A DNA stretch of 63,227 nucleotides, counting the filler, from Parasitella parasitica NRRL 2501 (lineage: Eukaryota > Fungi > Mucoromycota), in assembly GCA_025201805.1 (NCBI GenBank). It is 9 parts of 9 records of this genome, joined end to end, with 100 filler letters (N's around TTAATTAATTAA, not from the genome) between each part and the next. Parts side by side here need not be neighbours in the genome. Positions count along the whole stretch, not along the records: positions 35,300 to 37,794 come from MU619556.1; positions 37,895 to 42,530 come from MU619529.1; positions 42,631 to 44,346 come from MU619611.1; positions 44,447 to 61,264 come from MU619249.1; 5 more parts are not named here. The stretch is one strand, 5' to 3'. Position 1 is the first letter of the stretch; each line of letters opens with the position of its first letter. The position numbers were made by a program, and so were the translations under genes. Below are positions 36,056 to 48,699 of the stretch, one piece after another. A model generated the notes under the pieces. It had not been told where the DNA came from and did not search any database. It saw nothing but the letters and a program-made list of their open reading frames with translations.

Positions 36056-37331
36056 GCTGATTTAAAAAATATTAATTTTGGGCGATGATGGAATAAATGA
36101 AAGTGTAATTTACATGAATATAATAAATTATATGTTTGTTGTAACCAGCTTTACGTTTCAATATAAGTACGGGCATGCTGATTGTCTATATGCAAATAAA
36201 GTGCGTGGGAAGATTATGATGTGTATTTTTTAGTTGTATTTATTATGTTTTTATCTTTGTTTTTCTCATAAAATCACGATTAATTTGGCTAAGTCAACAC
36301 CAAAATCCTAAAAACAAAAAAACAGGGTTTCCCCCTGTTTTGATGTTAGGCGGAGCTTGAAATTCGACCAAAAATAGAAATTGGTAGAATTTCAAGGAAT
36401 ACCACCCCTAAATAGCCGAAAAATGCCTTACCACACTTCAAAGCTTAGGATAAAATGGCCCATCTCAAGAACTGCTAGAGTAAGCACAGCAAATGAGTAG
36501 AAACAGCCTACATGCTCCTGTATGACCCGGATAAAGACCTAATGTCAAGTTTCAATGATAGGCCATCCACTTGACATGAAGAGAGAACCAAAACTACAAA
36601 TGCATAACAAAGAATTTTCAATTAGTAAAAAAGCTCTTATAGATATATAGAAAAAATAATAATACCTGAATGCGCTGCACACGAAACACGCCATCCTACT
36701 TAATGTTTTCTTGTGATAGGTACTATGAAAAACGAATACGAGCATATTAGTTACGTATTTTGAAAAGCGCGTGTAATATATACCTTAAAAGAATCGACTT
36801 TACCCAGAATCAAAGAGGTGTGAAGTGCCATATACCACCAATAATGAACACAAAGTGCACGCGTTTGCATTGTAGACAATCAAATATAATAGTATATAAT
36901 AATAAAATAATAATGTAATACAAGTGTGTAGAGAAGCAGCAAAAAAAAAAAAAGGTGGTTGCCAATTTTTAATAAGCCTGTGACCGTATTTTTGCGCAAA
37001 CAGCAAATGCATGCAATATAGCAAACCATATAAAGTGACAAAACTAAGCGAAAAACTATAATCTAGTGCACCGAAGCTATATGATAAGTTAAAATTGATG
37101 TTGTGGAATATGCTACTTTTTACGATTTGAAAATTGGTTGCTTGGATGAAAAGTTATTTCAATTTAAAGTCTTGATGAAAAGAGGAAAAAATGGGAAAAA
37201 CATTTATTTCAAGTTACATAGCTCTTCTCTCGACATCTAATTATGACAGCCAATTTTGAATACATTGTAGCATTTGAATAGTATATCATAATCAACATTT
37301 GGGTGGTTTCTCTTGTCTCTACAATGCTCAG

Positions 37332-37794
37332 TGTGAAATACATTCACCATGATGATCTGCATTCCACTTCTAGATTCATCCAGTTACCTTAATAAATTGA
37401 TATAAACTACATATGCGCACAGATAATAATATGTGCAATACAGATTTATACTATATAAGATATAAGCTAGAGATGGCACCATTAGGATGGATGACGCTAT
37501 AGACTGATACTTATATCTCGACACGAGCCTTAGACATTTATTAGATTTAGTATATGCTACTACGAGCTTATGCTATATAAGATCTATGCTTCAGATGCGT
37601 ATTCCCAGTCTCTAGATACGCACTACAAGACATATACTTATATCCATGATACTAGCTACAGATACATCATGTACTACAGACTTGTTCAATATGTGCAATG
37701 CTATAGATATGCTTATGACATGCTATAGACGTGCTACATATACCGATATATGCTAAGATGAATACCAAGTGATATACACTCAGACATGTACTAT
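37332..37794 (+). repeat. LTR-like repeat, family D
   Basis: Near-identical to 4487-4798. Confidence 0.75.
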
Positions 37795-38134
37795 NNNNNN
37801 NNNNNNNNNNNNNNNNNNNNNNNNNNNNNNNNNNNNNNTTAATTAATTAANNNNNNNNNNNNNNNNNNNNNNNNNNNNNNNNNNNNNNNNNNNNTTTTTG
37901 TTTATAAGGAGACTAGGTCTCGTATTTTATTGAGTGAACAGTTAATTGAAAGGTCACAAATGTGTTTTTGGGGTTTTCTGTTTTGCTAGATGAGGGGGAG
38001 GAGGATCGAGTTTTTTAGGTCGTTTGCATTATTTGATGTTTTTGGGCTTTTGCATTATATAATTTTTTTTTTTTTCTGGATGTTTTACGTTTTGAAGATT
38101 GTTGGTGGACTAGAAGGTAAAAGAAAAAGCAGAG

Positions 38135-41100
38135 CTAATTCACAGAAAAGAACGGCGGAGGACAATGAGGAATTCCAGCTGCAATGAAAGTCTCTTGTTG
38201 ATACTTGAGGATCTTTGTTTCCACAAGCGAAAGTACAGAGTCCAAGGTAAAAGGGGTGTCAGAAAAGACAAAAGACCAATGAGAAATCCAAATAGACTCC
38301 AGTGTGGCCGCGATTACGAGGAGCGCTGATGAAGGAAAATCAGTTGAAAAGCGAACAGTAGTGAGGAGTAGATGGAGATCAAAAGAGGTCCAAGGATTGG
38401 AAAGGAATGGGAGGTGACGATATTGAATCGTATGCCATACTGATAGTTTGACGGGACACGAGAAAAGGAAATGATCCAGAGTGTCGTCAGGGTGAGAGCA
38501 GAGGACGCAAGCAGAAGTCGGGAAGAAAGCAGGAACAAAACGATGAAGAAGCGATTTGTGAGGAATTTTCTGGTGCAGAAAGCGATACCAAATATTGCGA
38601 CAGGAATGAGATATCGGCAGTAGCCAGAAATCAAACCAATTCACTGGAATATGAGGGCTGAAAGGGAGCGGGAGAAGCGGTTTTTCAGTTATCGACGGAC
38701 TGCACAGCCTACGGTAAGACTTTGTGGATAACTCACGACGACGCAGCCCAGTATCTGTGGTAGAACAGAGATTGAGAGACTCGACGAAAGGAGTGATATT
38801 GACAACAGTGTGATCCTCTACCTGTGGAAAGGGGAAGCGACCCAGAGACGAAAAGCGAGAGTGGATGAAAGCACGAATACAGAAGGGAGCGAGCTTGATT
38901 TCGTCCCGCCTAACTAATTTCAAAAACTTCTTTGCAAGGTTGGGATGATAAGAGAATTCCGCTGCTTGTTTCGGACGAAGGCAGGAATCTGTATCAGAGC
39001 CCAGGGTGTAGGCAACCGAGCTAGGTAACTGAGCGAGTGAACGACCAAGTTCAAAAGAGGAAGAAGATGGAAGTATTACAGATGCCAGAGGGATCTCCAG
39101 ACAGGTGGAAGCGCTAACGATGATGTTGGTAAAGTCCTTGGGTAGTCGGTCAATAGCTTTGAAAAGCAGAGACCAAGAACTTTCATTGTGACGAAGCGAG
39201 TTCGGGCGACGACAAGGGAACAGCAAGGAGAAACGATGATCTAATTGCTGAGGAGGAGATCGGTATAAGTTGGAGGAGGGAGGCTGATGAGCCAGCAGGA
39301 ATCCGACAAGACGAGGTAAAACGATCGACGGACAGGACAAGATTTGAGCAGTGGACTGACCGAGAAGCGGGCGAAGCCAACGCAACTGTAAGGCACTTTG
39401 CTGTAGTTGAGGGCTAATTAAGCCTAGACCGCCTTGTGACCGAGATATACACGCAGTATTGACACTGATCCGTGGAAAGATGCGGAAGTTGATGAAAGCT
39501 GATATAACAGAGTTGATTGAATTGAAGAAAGAAACAGGCACTGTAACAACGCGCAGAACATGCCAAAGTTTGCTCAATATGAGGGAGTTCAGGACGGTCG
39601 ACCTGCCTCGCACAGACAATCCACGCTGTTGATGGATGAGACAACCTTGACGCACCTGTTCGAGGAGCTGCTCTAGAAATACGTTCCGTTGTGCAATGGA
39701 AGTATAAAGAGGAAAGCCCAAATAACGAATAGGGGAAGGTGAGCGAGCATCATGCCAACTAGTAATGTTATGATCGAGTAGAGCGGAACGCCATGTGGAT
39801 CCATATATCAAAGAAGAGCCGGAAAGAGAAATAGCTTCAGTCTTATGATAGTTGACCAGAGCATTGGAAGCCGCAGAATAGACTCGTAGATGAAGTTGTA
39901 ACTGTGCGAGATCGGAAGGAGAGTTCAGCAAACAAACAATATCATCTGCATAAGCCAGCATTTTGACTGCCATGGTTGCGTCGTTGGTAGGAATCAAGGT
40001 CGAACTGGGGGAAGGTAAAGAAAATCCCGCCAAAGATGAGTCGGCCAAGATGCGCCGCAACAGGGGCTCAAAAGCCAAATTGAACAGAATTGGGCTTATC
40101 GGATCGCCTTGTTTCAGGCCTCTAAGTTGAGGAACACGAGGAGACAAGAAACCATTCACATTAATGACCATATGCGTGTCGAAAAAGAGGTGAGAAATAC
40201 AATTAACCAAGGCAACAGGGTAGCCGAAGCGTAAAAGCACCGCGCGAAGATATGTCGAGTGAACCCGATCATAGGCTTTTTCCTGGTCGAGAAGCAAGCC
40301 GATGCTGGAAGAGCGAGTGGTCTTGGCATGTTCCATGACGAGCTTCATCAACATTCCGTTGTCAGCAATAAAGCGACCACAAACAAAACCAGTTTGGAAC
40401 GGGTTGATGAGGGTGGAGGCTGTTTCAATCATTCTAGCGCTGAGAATTCTGGTAAACACCTTGGCATCGGTGTTGATTAACGCAATCGGGCGCCAATTCT
40501 TCAGGAGTTCCAATGCGCCTTTCTTGGGAAGTAAGGAAACACACGACTCGAGCCAGGAAGGTGGGATATCAGCAAAAGACAGGGCATTGTTAAATGTGGC
40601 CAAAGTGATTTCACGGCAGCCTGGATGTAGCACGATGAGGCGAACAAGTTGATAAGGCAGACCGTCTTTGCCAGGAGACGATTTATCTGGAGCATGGGAG
40701 AAGGCTTCAACCAAATCCTCAAATGTGATGGGAGCGACGACAGAATTTGCGGCAGCATCCGAAAGACGAAGTGAGGTAGGCAGCGCATCTAGCAAGTCAG
40801 ATATAGCCTGAGGATCAATGGCATCGGGAGAATACAGGTCTGTGTAAAAGGTGGCTGCAGCGTCAAGCATTTCCTCTTTGGTTGTGCAGCGAGACAACGA
40901 TGTGGGATGAATCAACGGTGGAATCAGCTTCTTGGAGGCCCTGGAGTCAACAGAGCGTTTCAAAAAACCGGCCGATGTCTCGCCACGTTCACGCCAACGA
41001 ATGCCAGAGCGTAATGCTAAGGTATCAACGTGGTACGATTGCAGTGAAGCTAGTTGAGCCTCGACAATTTTCAATTGTGGATTCAGGACTGGATGAAGAG

Positions 41101-42211
41101 AAGGATCCGCGTTTAACTTTTGGGACAACCCTGAGCGCTTTTTGTGAAGAAGATCTTCCGCACGCGACAATGTATATGCCTTACGTCGGGAAAACGACTT
41201 TGCGACATTTGCAGTGGTCAATTTGAGGTGTTCCCATTTCTGAGCTGCTGACAAGGATACATCGAGTGTGCCAAGACATTTCGAGAGAGCCTTATACAGT
41301 AGTTGTTTGAAAAGAGGATTATGGGCAAGGTGAGGATGAGCTCTCCACAAACCTTTACCCACAGCAGAAGCAGATGAAGCATCCGAAGCTGGATGTAGCC
41401 GCACTTGCGAAGAGATCAAAAAGTGATCCGACCAAGCAGGCTGTATATACGATGTATGGCAATGATCAAAGTCGATAGACGAAGCCAAGTCATGCGAAAA
41501 CAGGATATAGTCAATACAGGATTGAGAGACTCCACGTTGGAAAGTAATAGAAGAAGGTTTTCCTGGTGGGGTCACACCGTTGAGAAAATAGTCATCAATA
41601 TACTGAAGCCAACTGGGAGGAGCTTGACGATTCCTAGACGAGGATGCATTTGAATAGGTATAATTGAAATCACCCAAAATGATCGAGCGTGAAGGAGACG
41701 ACGAAAATACTGAGCGAAAGTCAGTAAGAATGGTAGACAAGAAACGGAATCGTTCAGATCTGGAAGCGGGAAAGTACACGACCGTGATAGAAAACGGTTC
41801 GAATGCGTCAGAAGAATGCGATATCGTTGCCGATATGATCCGCCCGCAGATGCTGACGATAGAGTCTGTGATAGAGATGTCAGACGAAAAGGAAACCAGC
41901 CCGCAATGTGGAGACCAGATACTGGATTTGGCCTGAAATTGTGAGTGGAACATGTCTTGTATAGATGATGAGGAAGCATGGGTCTCTTGAAGTGCTAGCA
42001 AATCGAGAGAACGAGTCCTTAAGTAACGTATAAACTGCGAACGAGTGGAGCTGGCAGCTGTCTTGGTTAGACCGCGACAGTTAAGAGATCCAATGTTGAG
42101 TTTAACAAAAGAAGAGGTATCCGGGGGGTTCAAAGTTGAGTGAGTGTGGTTAGCCGTGGTGTGAGATGAATCAATTGGATCAATAGTAGGATATGGATGC
42201 AATAAACTCAT
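38135..42211 (-). CDS. LINE ORF2: AP endonuclease, reverse transcriptase and zf-RVT, 1358 aa, intact
   Basis: LQETH, GDFN and SDH (APE). DQEKAYD, QGDPISP and YADD (RT). CVLC...HFLFSCP. Confidence 0.96.
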   Translation of the reverse strand: MSLLHPYPTIDPIDSSHTTANHTHSTLNPPDTSSFVKLNIGSLNCRGLTKTAASSTRSQFIRYLRTRSLDLLALQETHASSSSIQDMFHSQFQAKSSIWSPHCGLVSFSSDISITDSIVSICGRIISATISHSSDAFEPFSITVVYFPASRSERFRFLSTILTDFRSVFSSSPSRSIILGDFNYTYSNASSSRNRQAPPSWLQYIDDYFLNGVTPPGKPSSITFQRGVSQSCIDYILFSHDLASSIDFDHCHTSYIQPAWSDHFLISSQVRLHPASDASSASAVGKGLWRAHPHLAHNPLFKQLLYKALSKCLGTLDVSLSAAQKWEHLKLTTANVAKSFSRRKAYTLSRAEDLLHKKRSGLSQKLNADPSLHPVLNPQLKIVEAQLASLQSYHVDTLALRSGIRWRERGETSAGFLKRSVDSRASKKLIPPLIHPTSLSRCTTKEEMLDAAATFYTDLYSPDAIDPQAISDLLDALPTSLRLSDAAANSVVAPITFEDLVEAFSHAPDKSSPGKDGLPYQLVRLIVLHPGCREITLATFNNALSFADIPPSWLESCVSLLPKKGALELLKNWRPIALINTDAKVFTRILSARMIETASTLINPFQTGFVCGRFIADNGMLMKLVMEHAKTTRSSSIGLLLDQEKAYDRVHSTYLRAVLLRFGYPVALVNCISHLFFDTHMVINVNGFLSPRVPQLRGLKQGDPISPILFNLAFEPLLRRILADSSLAGFSLPSPSSTLIPTNDATMAVKMLAYADDIVCLLNSPSDLAQLQLHLRVYSAASNALVNYHKTEAISLSGSSLIYGSTWRSALLDHNITSWHDARSPSPIRYLGFPLYTSIAQRNVFLEQLLEQVRQGCLIHQQRGLSVRGRSTVLNSLILSKLWHVLRVVTVPVSFFNSINSVISAFINFRIFPRISVNTACISRSQGGLGLISPQLQQSALQLRWLRPLLGQSTAQILSCPSIVLPRLVGFLLAHQPPSSNLYRSPPQQLDHRFSLLFPCRRPNSLRHNESSWSLLFKAIDRLPKDFTNIIVSASTCLEIPLASVILPSSSSFELGRSLAQLPSSVAYTLGSDTDSCLRPKQAAEFSYHPNLAKKFLKLVRRDEIKLAPFCIRAFIHSRFSSLGRFPFPQVEDHTVVNITPFVESLNLCSTTDTGLRRRELSTKSYRRLCSPSITEKPLLPLPFSPHIPVNWFDFWLLPISHSCRNIWYRFLHQKIPHKSLLHRFVPAFFPTSACVLCSHPDDTLDHFLFSCPVKLSVWHTIQYRHLPFLSNPWTSFDLHLLLTTVRFSTDFPSSALLVIAATLESIWISHWSFVFSDTPFTLDSVLSLVETKILKYQQETFIAAGIPHCPPPFFSVN

Positions 42212-42260
42212 TTTTCCTTATTTGTTTTTTTTTTTTTTTTTTTTAAGAGAAAAAGTAAGT

Positions 42261-42530
42261 TTAATCCTGCATAGAAGCAGAATCAGATTCAACGTCAAGC
42301 ACAACGTCAAGATCGGAAGAGTGAGCAGCAGAAGTCTCAATACGATCCATATTCACGTCTTCATCTGGATGAAGTTGCTTGTGAAGGTTTTTAGGGTTTT
42401 TCAAACAAGCATGGTGAGTTGGAAGTTTATGCCCAGGCAAATTACAATGTTTACAAACAGGAGTAACAGGTGCACTGTTTGCAGTGTGCTGGGGCTTGGA
42501 AGCAGATTTGGATCTGGTGTTGTGATGATG
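42261..42530 (-). CDS. LINE ORF1 C-terminal fragment with a zinc knuckle
   Basis: Open frame ...VCKHCNLPGHKLPTHHACLKNPKN...SASMQD* ending 49 bp before the ORF2 ATG. Confidence 0.75.
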   Translation of the reverse strand, partial: HHHNTRSKSASKPQHTANSAPVTPVCKHCNLPGHKLPTHHACLKNPKNLHKQLHPDEDVNMDRIETSAAHSSDLDVVLDVESDSASMQD

Positions 42531-43479
42531 NNNNNNNNNNNNNNNNNNNNNNNNNNNNNNNNNNNNNNNNNNNNTTAATTAATTAANNNNNNNNNNNNNN
42601 NNNNNNNNNNNNNNNNNNNNNNNNNNNNNNAGCTTGAGGGTATAACGCGATTGCCTCTCATATTCGAGTTTGCTATGTTTGTAATAGCCGTTAATTGAGC
42701 TATTGGTCGTGCAATGCAGCGAATTAATCTGTTAGAATTCTCAATGTTATATATTTACAATGTTTCGAGGTTATTACCTGTAGCAGCTGCTTCCTCTATT
42801 TCAGTACTTGCGCCATATATATTCGTTGATGGTGGAAACAAAGGTGCTATCAACTTGATCAACTCGAGATTCAAATCGTTGGATTTGACTTGTTTTTCAA
42901 GAACATCCCTGAGCAGACATTGAGCCTTCTTGTGGTCCTCCATTAACTTTTCCAAAGCAGTCTTATGAGACATGGCGTTGGCGTGATTTACTCCTCTGCT
43001 AGTCATCTTAAATGTATTATTAATAGTATTTGTGTATAGAAAATATGTCAAAACTGATTTCTAACTGATACTCGATTTTTATAAAGCCGTAGATTGGTTT
43101 TTGCATGATTATTTTCTATCCAACTATATAGAATTTTCGATGGCCAGATCCAAAAAAAAAAAAATACATTCTCTCTCAAAACGTTTGCATAAAAAACAAA
43201 TCACAAAACATACACATGTAAGTAGAGCGACTTTAGTTTTCCATCACTTTATTTCATTTTATTATATCAAAATACTCTCTTATTTTAACTATGCCCCCCT
43301 GTATCATATCCTTGCCAAAGAGGCTGTAACCGTACCTTTCATGCAAGCAAAGATCGAAAGAATCATTACCGACGAAACCACCTACAAAAAGTCAAGCATC
43401 GTGCTAATTCCCAAAAACAAGATGATGATGCTCGTATACAATCCCCTAGCTTAGATGAAAGTCAGTAATTATGTATAAT

Positions 43480-44346
43480 GCTTGTAAAATAACTGATTTT
43501 CTAACTTCCCTATCATAAAAAGCAGATCAAGATCAACAAACACAAGCCGTTGTATGCCAGGTGCCATCTGACGAAGTAACACTCCAACCGATCTGTTTTC
43601 AATCAAGTATGTCAATATAACAGACACATACGGGATTTCCAGAGAAGCAGTTAGAGAGAGTGTGTATCTCTTTAGATCTCTATTGAAGCATAACACCGTT
43701 AAACACCGCCATCAAGGTAAGTCCTAATCGACGAGCTGTTTGTATGTATATTTTATGGCACTTGCTGATCTTTTTTGCGCCATTCAAGATTGCAAAGAGC
43801 CGCGATATAAAGCTGATGGAATTACCCCAGTTAGACAGATGAAGATGTTTACATTGACCAAGGTCGTTTCATTGATGCTGGCTAATGACGCAACAAGAGA
43901 ACTGACGAATTTATGGACATTAGTATGAATACAACCGGGATGGCTATTCTGACATATTCGATGGTGAACGCTACAAGGCTCTTTTAGAAGGTGGCTGCTT
44001 CACCAGTTCTATTGACGTTGCGCTGGCGCTTTTTATTGATGGGTTCGCGGCAACAAAGTTGAATCAATCTGCAAAGATGTGAATCATTCATCTGATCAAT
44101 TACAACTTGGATCCACAAATTCGATACAAGGATGAATACACTCGCCAGATTGGTATAATTCCTGGGCCAAACAATCCTATGATTGAAATCTTTCTAGAGC
44201 CCATAATGAAGGAAGCTGACAAATTGGCACAACACGGCCAGGTTGTAATGAAGAACGACATGAGAGTCTGCATAAGTCATGTGTATATTTTGATTGCTGA
44301 TGGTGATTTGCCTGCTGCTGGAGACGTAATTTCATTATATAACCAT
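43480..44346 (+). mobile_element. Degenerate CMC/CACTA (EnSpm-like) transposase, with a divergent accessory ORF fragment at 42755-43051(-)
   Basis: DIFDGERY...ALALFIDGF...NYNLDPQIRY...IIPGPNNP...FLEPIMKE...GDLPAA, with stops and frameshifts. Confidence 0.8.
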
Positions 44347-44902
44347 NNNNNNNNNNNNNNNNNNNNNNNNNNNNNNNNNNNNNNNNNNNNTTAATTAATT
44401 AANNNNNNNNNNNNNNNNNNNNNNNNNNNNNNNNNNNNNNNNNNNNTTTTTTTATTATAATTTTTTTCCGTGAATCCATATAACAATTTATACCGATTCC
44501 ACACCGCCAAAAACATTGTATATCTCTTTTGGTACACACTGGATATACACAAGACATTCTGAACATCTGTGCCACAGAGGGTATCCATTTTATCACTGAC
44601 TTCAACCCTATTGCTGGAACAAATTTAGGTGATCCCAAGCTGCGGCTCAACTCCGTGATCCTCGCCTCGGTCTCACTATTCTTAAGTCTTTTAGCACTGA
44701 AGATAGTACTGATAGCCATTCAATCCCTGATGTAATTGTTGAACAATTCATCAAACTGAAGCCAGCTGCTGTTCGTAAGATCGGTGAGGCAAACACGGTC
44801 GACACTGTACTCAAAGGTTTCGCTGCTGCTAAGCTCTTTGATTCCTTGTCGCAGCCGACTACAACTTTTCTACTTACGATGCCTCTAATTAATTTGACCA
44901 TA

Positions 44903-45259
44903 TGATGTATACGCACTGCTACATCTGCACTACTATATCAATTCCTACAAGTACTACCCTTGCTGATTTTCTGCAAATATATTATATGATTGTATCAGAT
45001 ACGAATCAGTATAATATCTCAACGGTCACTGGATATCGCAATGTCTCGGCTGCCATGACATCAACAAGATATNNNNNNNNNNTCTATTGGTTATTACAGC
45101 TACCATCTCAGTTGTAGTAAATAATTGAAGATATAAATACCCTGCATTTATATCATAATAAACGAGATACTTCTTTTATTGTTCGGATACAGTTGAAAGC
45201 TGTGAATTATTACAAGTTTCTTTTTATTGTATTGAAATATATATCTGAAATATACATCA
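44903..45259 (+). mobile_element. Solo LTR, family A
   Basis: TGATGTATA...TATACATCA termini and near-TSD CCATA/TCATA. Confidence 0.75.
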
Positions 45260-45314
45260 TCATACCTGATTCTTCTACGAATGAGTCTTTCCTGGGAACG
45301 CCGGGATCAGACCC

Positions 45315-46168
45315 TGTTGAGATCTGCAAGACCGAAATAAGAAAAGTTTAAAATAAAACGTTGAATAAACGAGATACAAAAACTTGAGACTACTTTATTA
45401 AAGATTCAACTTTGCATCTGCCATTTAATACTTTTTACAACTACATAAATTTTTGGCGACTTATTTAAAATACTAGTTGATACTAATCGATAAGAATAAT
45501 TTGCAAGCAACAACATCATATCCTTAACAGGGTACGATGTATTATGATACTACAAGGCTATTGATCTTTGATCTAACAGTACCTTATTGTTTGTCAATCA
45601 TACAGATCTGTGTTACAAATATGATCTGCCATAATTATAGATAGGAGATCATGGCAATGTACTTCAATTGAAGATTGAAGATTGTCCAATGATGTGATGT
45701 GATACGCTTGTGTAAATTGGAGAATAAAGTCTCTGTTTCAAATCAAGAAGGTTATTCCTGTAAGTAACACAGATCTGAGCACCAGGATAAAGGTTAAGGC
45801 TCTGTCAGATCAAAGACGTGTAGCCCTTGCTGTATAACCTCATATCGTACCCTGTCAAGTAGATTGTCACTGTGAATTAGTCTTGTCAATTAGTAATCTA
45901 AATAAGTCACCATAAATTTATGTAGTTGTAAAAAGTATAAATAGCAGATGCAATTTCGATCTTAAATAAAGTATCTTTAGTTTTCGTATCTCGTTAACCT
46001 TTGGTTTTTTTATTATCTTTTTGATCCAACAAAATAACCGCCTTCTTGATTTGAAACAAAGACTTTATTCTCCTGTTTCGACAAGTATAACAACACATCG
46101 TTGGAAAATCTCCAATCTTTAATTGAAGTACACTATCATGATCTTCTAACTTACATTATGGCAGATCA
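45315..46168 (-). mobile_element. LTR with an antiparallel solo LTR of the same family inserted (45622-46031, TSD AAATA)
   Basis: The inner TGATCTGCC...GATCCAACA is flanked by AAATA. The outer halves are reverse complements of the inner copy. Confidence 0.8.
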
Positions 46169-46940
46169 TTATTAACCCTCTATTTTTTTTGAATGTAATA
46201 AACGGATCTTTACCTGATTAATTTCTATTTTTTGAACTCTTCTGAAAAAAAAAATCACTGATCACTAAGGCCTTTACTCTCACATCTTCGCCCTAATATT
46301 TTCAAGTAGCTGTAATGTACATTTTTGGTTACACATCTCAATATAGTGATAGATCTGCAATGGAATGGTATAACTAAAAGCGCTTAACTGAAAAAAATAA
46401 GACTCAAATGTCACGCATAGTCAATTCATACCATTCAAGTTCGCATAACATATAAAGTTATATAAATTAAATCAAAATGTTATGTCAAAAGTCTGATAAA
46501 ATAAATCTGCCAAAGAATTACACCTTTATTCATAATACATCTCTCGATGTATTATATACACATTCATTACACTAGGGTTCTACTGTCTAGCTGCATAATG
46601 TAAATCATGACTACCCATGATTTACTGTAAGACCCTGGGACTGATCTGAGATCCTGATGTGAGACCTTGCCATGTTATTGATATAACACAAAATACAAAT
46701 ACAATTTAAGACCTTATCAATGAATGTCGTGTGAAGAAAAAAACTCCTGATCAAAGTGCTTTCCCTTACATAATAAACATTCAGAATAAGAATAATAATG
46801 ACAAAGATATCATCAATTATGGCAGCTCGTCATTCAATGAGTTTTTCCCATCATTCTAGACAAGGATATCTTTATTAACACAATAACTAAATTATGACGA
46901 TAGCCACCCTAACACGGCCAAATAATATTAGGCAAAACTC

Positions 46941-47217
46941 CATCAATGGTGAAAGCATTCAGCATAATTTGCTTCTCCTTAAAAACCTAAAATAAAACAA
47001 CGACAAATTAACGCCTTGACTCTCGGATCAATGCTTCATCCATGAGAACTGATGTCCAACAATTCAAGTCCCATAAATACTAAGATGTTTTTCTCTAGAT
47101 AAAACTTCAGGACACTTTTATAATAAAGAACCCCAAACTTGATTATAATTTTAATTTCATATCGCTTTTATTTTTGTATTTTTTTTTTTTTATTCGTAAA
47201 TCATTCAAATTTACTGC
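46941..47217 (+). repeat. LTR-like repeat, family C (copy at 61365-61640)
   Basis: Direct repeat CATCAATGGTGAAAGCATTCAGCATAATTTGC... Confidence 0.75.
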
Positions 47218-47828
47218 AATCACTAACAAATCAGACGTTATACATTCAGTTATACTAGAAATACGATGAAAAAGACCACAGAATAATCAAAAAACAGGTG
47301 ACTAAATTTCAAACTCCGACACAGAAATCCGAAAAACGTTTGATCCAGATAACTTTTGATAGAGACATCGCCCAGTAAAAAGCAAGTTATGCTCAGATAG
47401 CGATGATCATGCCTGTTCTTGTGGCGCACAACACAGTGTTTATTTTGTTCTTTATCGAAGCCTATCATCGATTATATGCAATTCTGATATGAAAATTTGT
47501 GATGTCATCTGATAACTCTATAGAAGATATCGATGAAAACATGGACGCAATTGTTGTTTCCAGATAGCACCAAGTCAATGCTAACTTTTCCAAGTTAGAT
47601 CTCGGTTCTACGGTGATTTTAGCACAAGTTATGAGCAAATATCTGATATTTATGATACATTGTTTGATAGCTATTTCAAATATATATAGTCAATAAAAAG
47701 ATAATTGTAAAAACTCTAAACTTTCAGCCTTATCCGAGCCCTAAAAGAAGTTGTGTATTTACATCTTTAACCATTTACTAAAACTGAAATGGTAACTGTA
47801 AGACCCAGTAGATCAATGTGATAATATC

Positions 47829-48211
47829 TGTCATGAACCAGTCAAGCTATAAATTAAAAACAATCATACCTATTTCCAAAAAGACAATTATTGCCTAACT
47901 GATCCACGTTATAACTATCACTTTATTATTCCGGACTAGATAAACACCTAATTGATCCACATTATTGAATATATTCTCGTTCACATTTCAGTGAACTAGA
48001 TAGCTCTCATAAAGTATAAATAGAAGCCATTTTGACAGCAAAATGAGTTCTTCTTCGTCAGATCTCCTCATTACATCCCCTAGCAACCTTTCTTATCTAG
48101 TTCCCTACTTTCCTTTATTAATAATAATCTCTTTGTTTGAAAAAACTAAGCTGCATATTCTCTATTATTTATCTGTCCCTAATTATTTAATAAGGCCTTG
48201 GATCCCTGATA
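47829..48211 (+). mobile_element. LTR, family B
   Basis: Homologous to 33664-34123. Confidence 0.7.
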
Positions 48212-48699
48212 CCTTCATTTTTGGATAAAATAAATACCACCAAATCTGAAATATTACTTCTTTTCCTGCTTAAAGGCCTATAATGCAATCTTAGATATCT
48301 TTACAAACTATCAAGTGATAGAGACACAAACTTCAGCCAAAATATTCTTTCTTTATACAATTCTACAGCATATTCGAATTTCACGCATCTCTATGTTTGG
48401 ACCCCAAACCTCATATTCGATTTTCAATTTTTAACTTTGAGTCAGCCTTCAGAGTCGTTTTTAGGTACGGATTTGGAGTCCAAACTAAGAATACATCCTA
48501 ATGCTACTTCATTAAGCGTATCTCACTACTTCTTTGGAATCTCAATATTTATCTTTATTGTCAAGATACTTCTAAAACAAGATTTTGCTGATTTCTAGGG
48601 CATATGGGCCTATCGCAAGTTATGTGGATAATGATTGATGAAGACATATGATTTATCAGAAAAATTTGACAGGTAAAGATCCGTTCATTATATTCAAAA

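Larger units (their letters stand above)
37895..42530 (-). mobile_element. Near-complete L1-clade LINE (Grem-LINE1-like architecture); the 5' part is lost in a gap
   Basis: ORF1 3' end, an A-rich spacer, an intact ORF2, 3' UTR and A tail. Confidence 0.93.

Noticed and set aside
36319-36341. Hairpin AAAACAGGG...CCCTGTTTT
   Set aside because: It looks like a bacterial terminator, but is an isolated short palindrome in eukaryotic DNA with no supporting context.
40259-41979. Several short alternative-frame and antisense ORFs inside LINE ORF2
   Set aside because: They overlap the intact RT/APE frame and have no independent features.
44447-44900. Coding-like fragment between the gap and an LTR
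   Set aside because: Broken frames with no recognisable motif, so it could not be classified.
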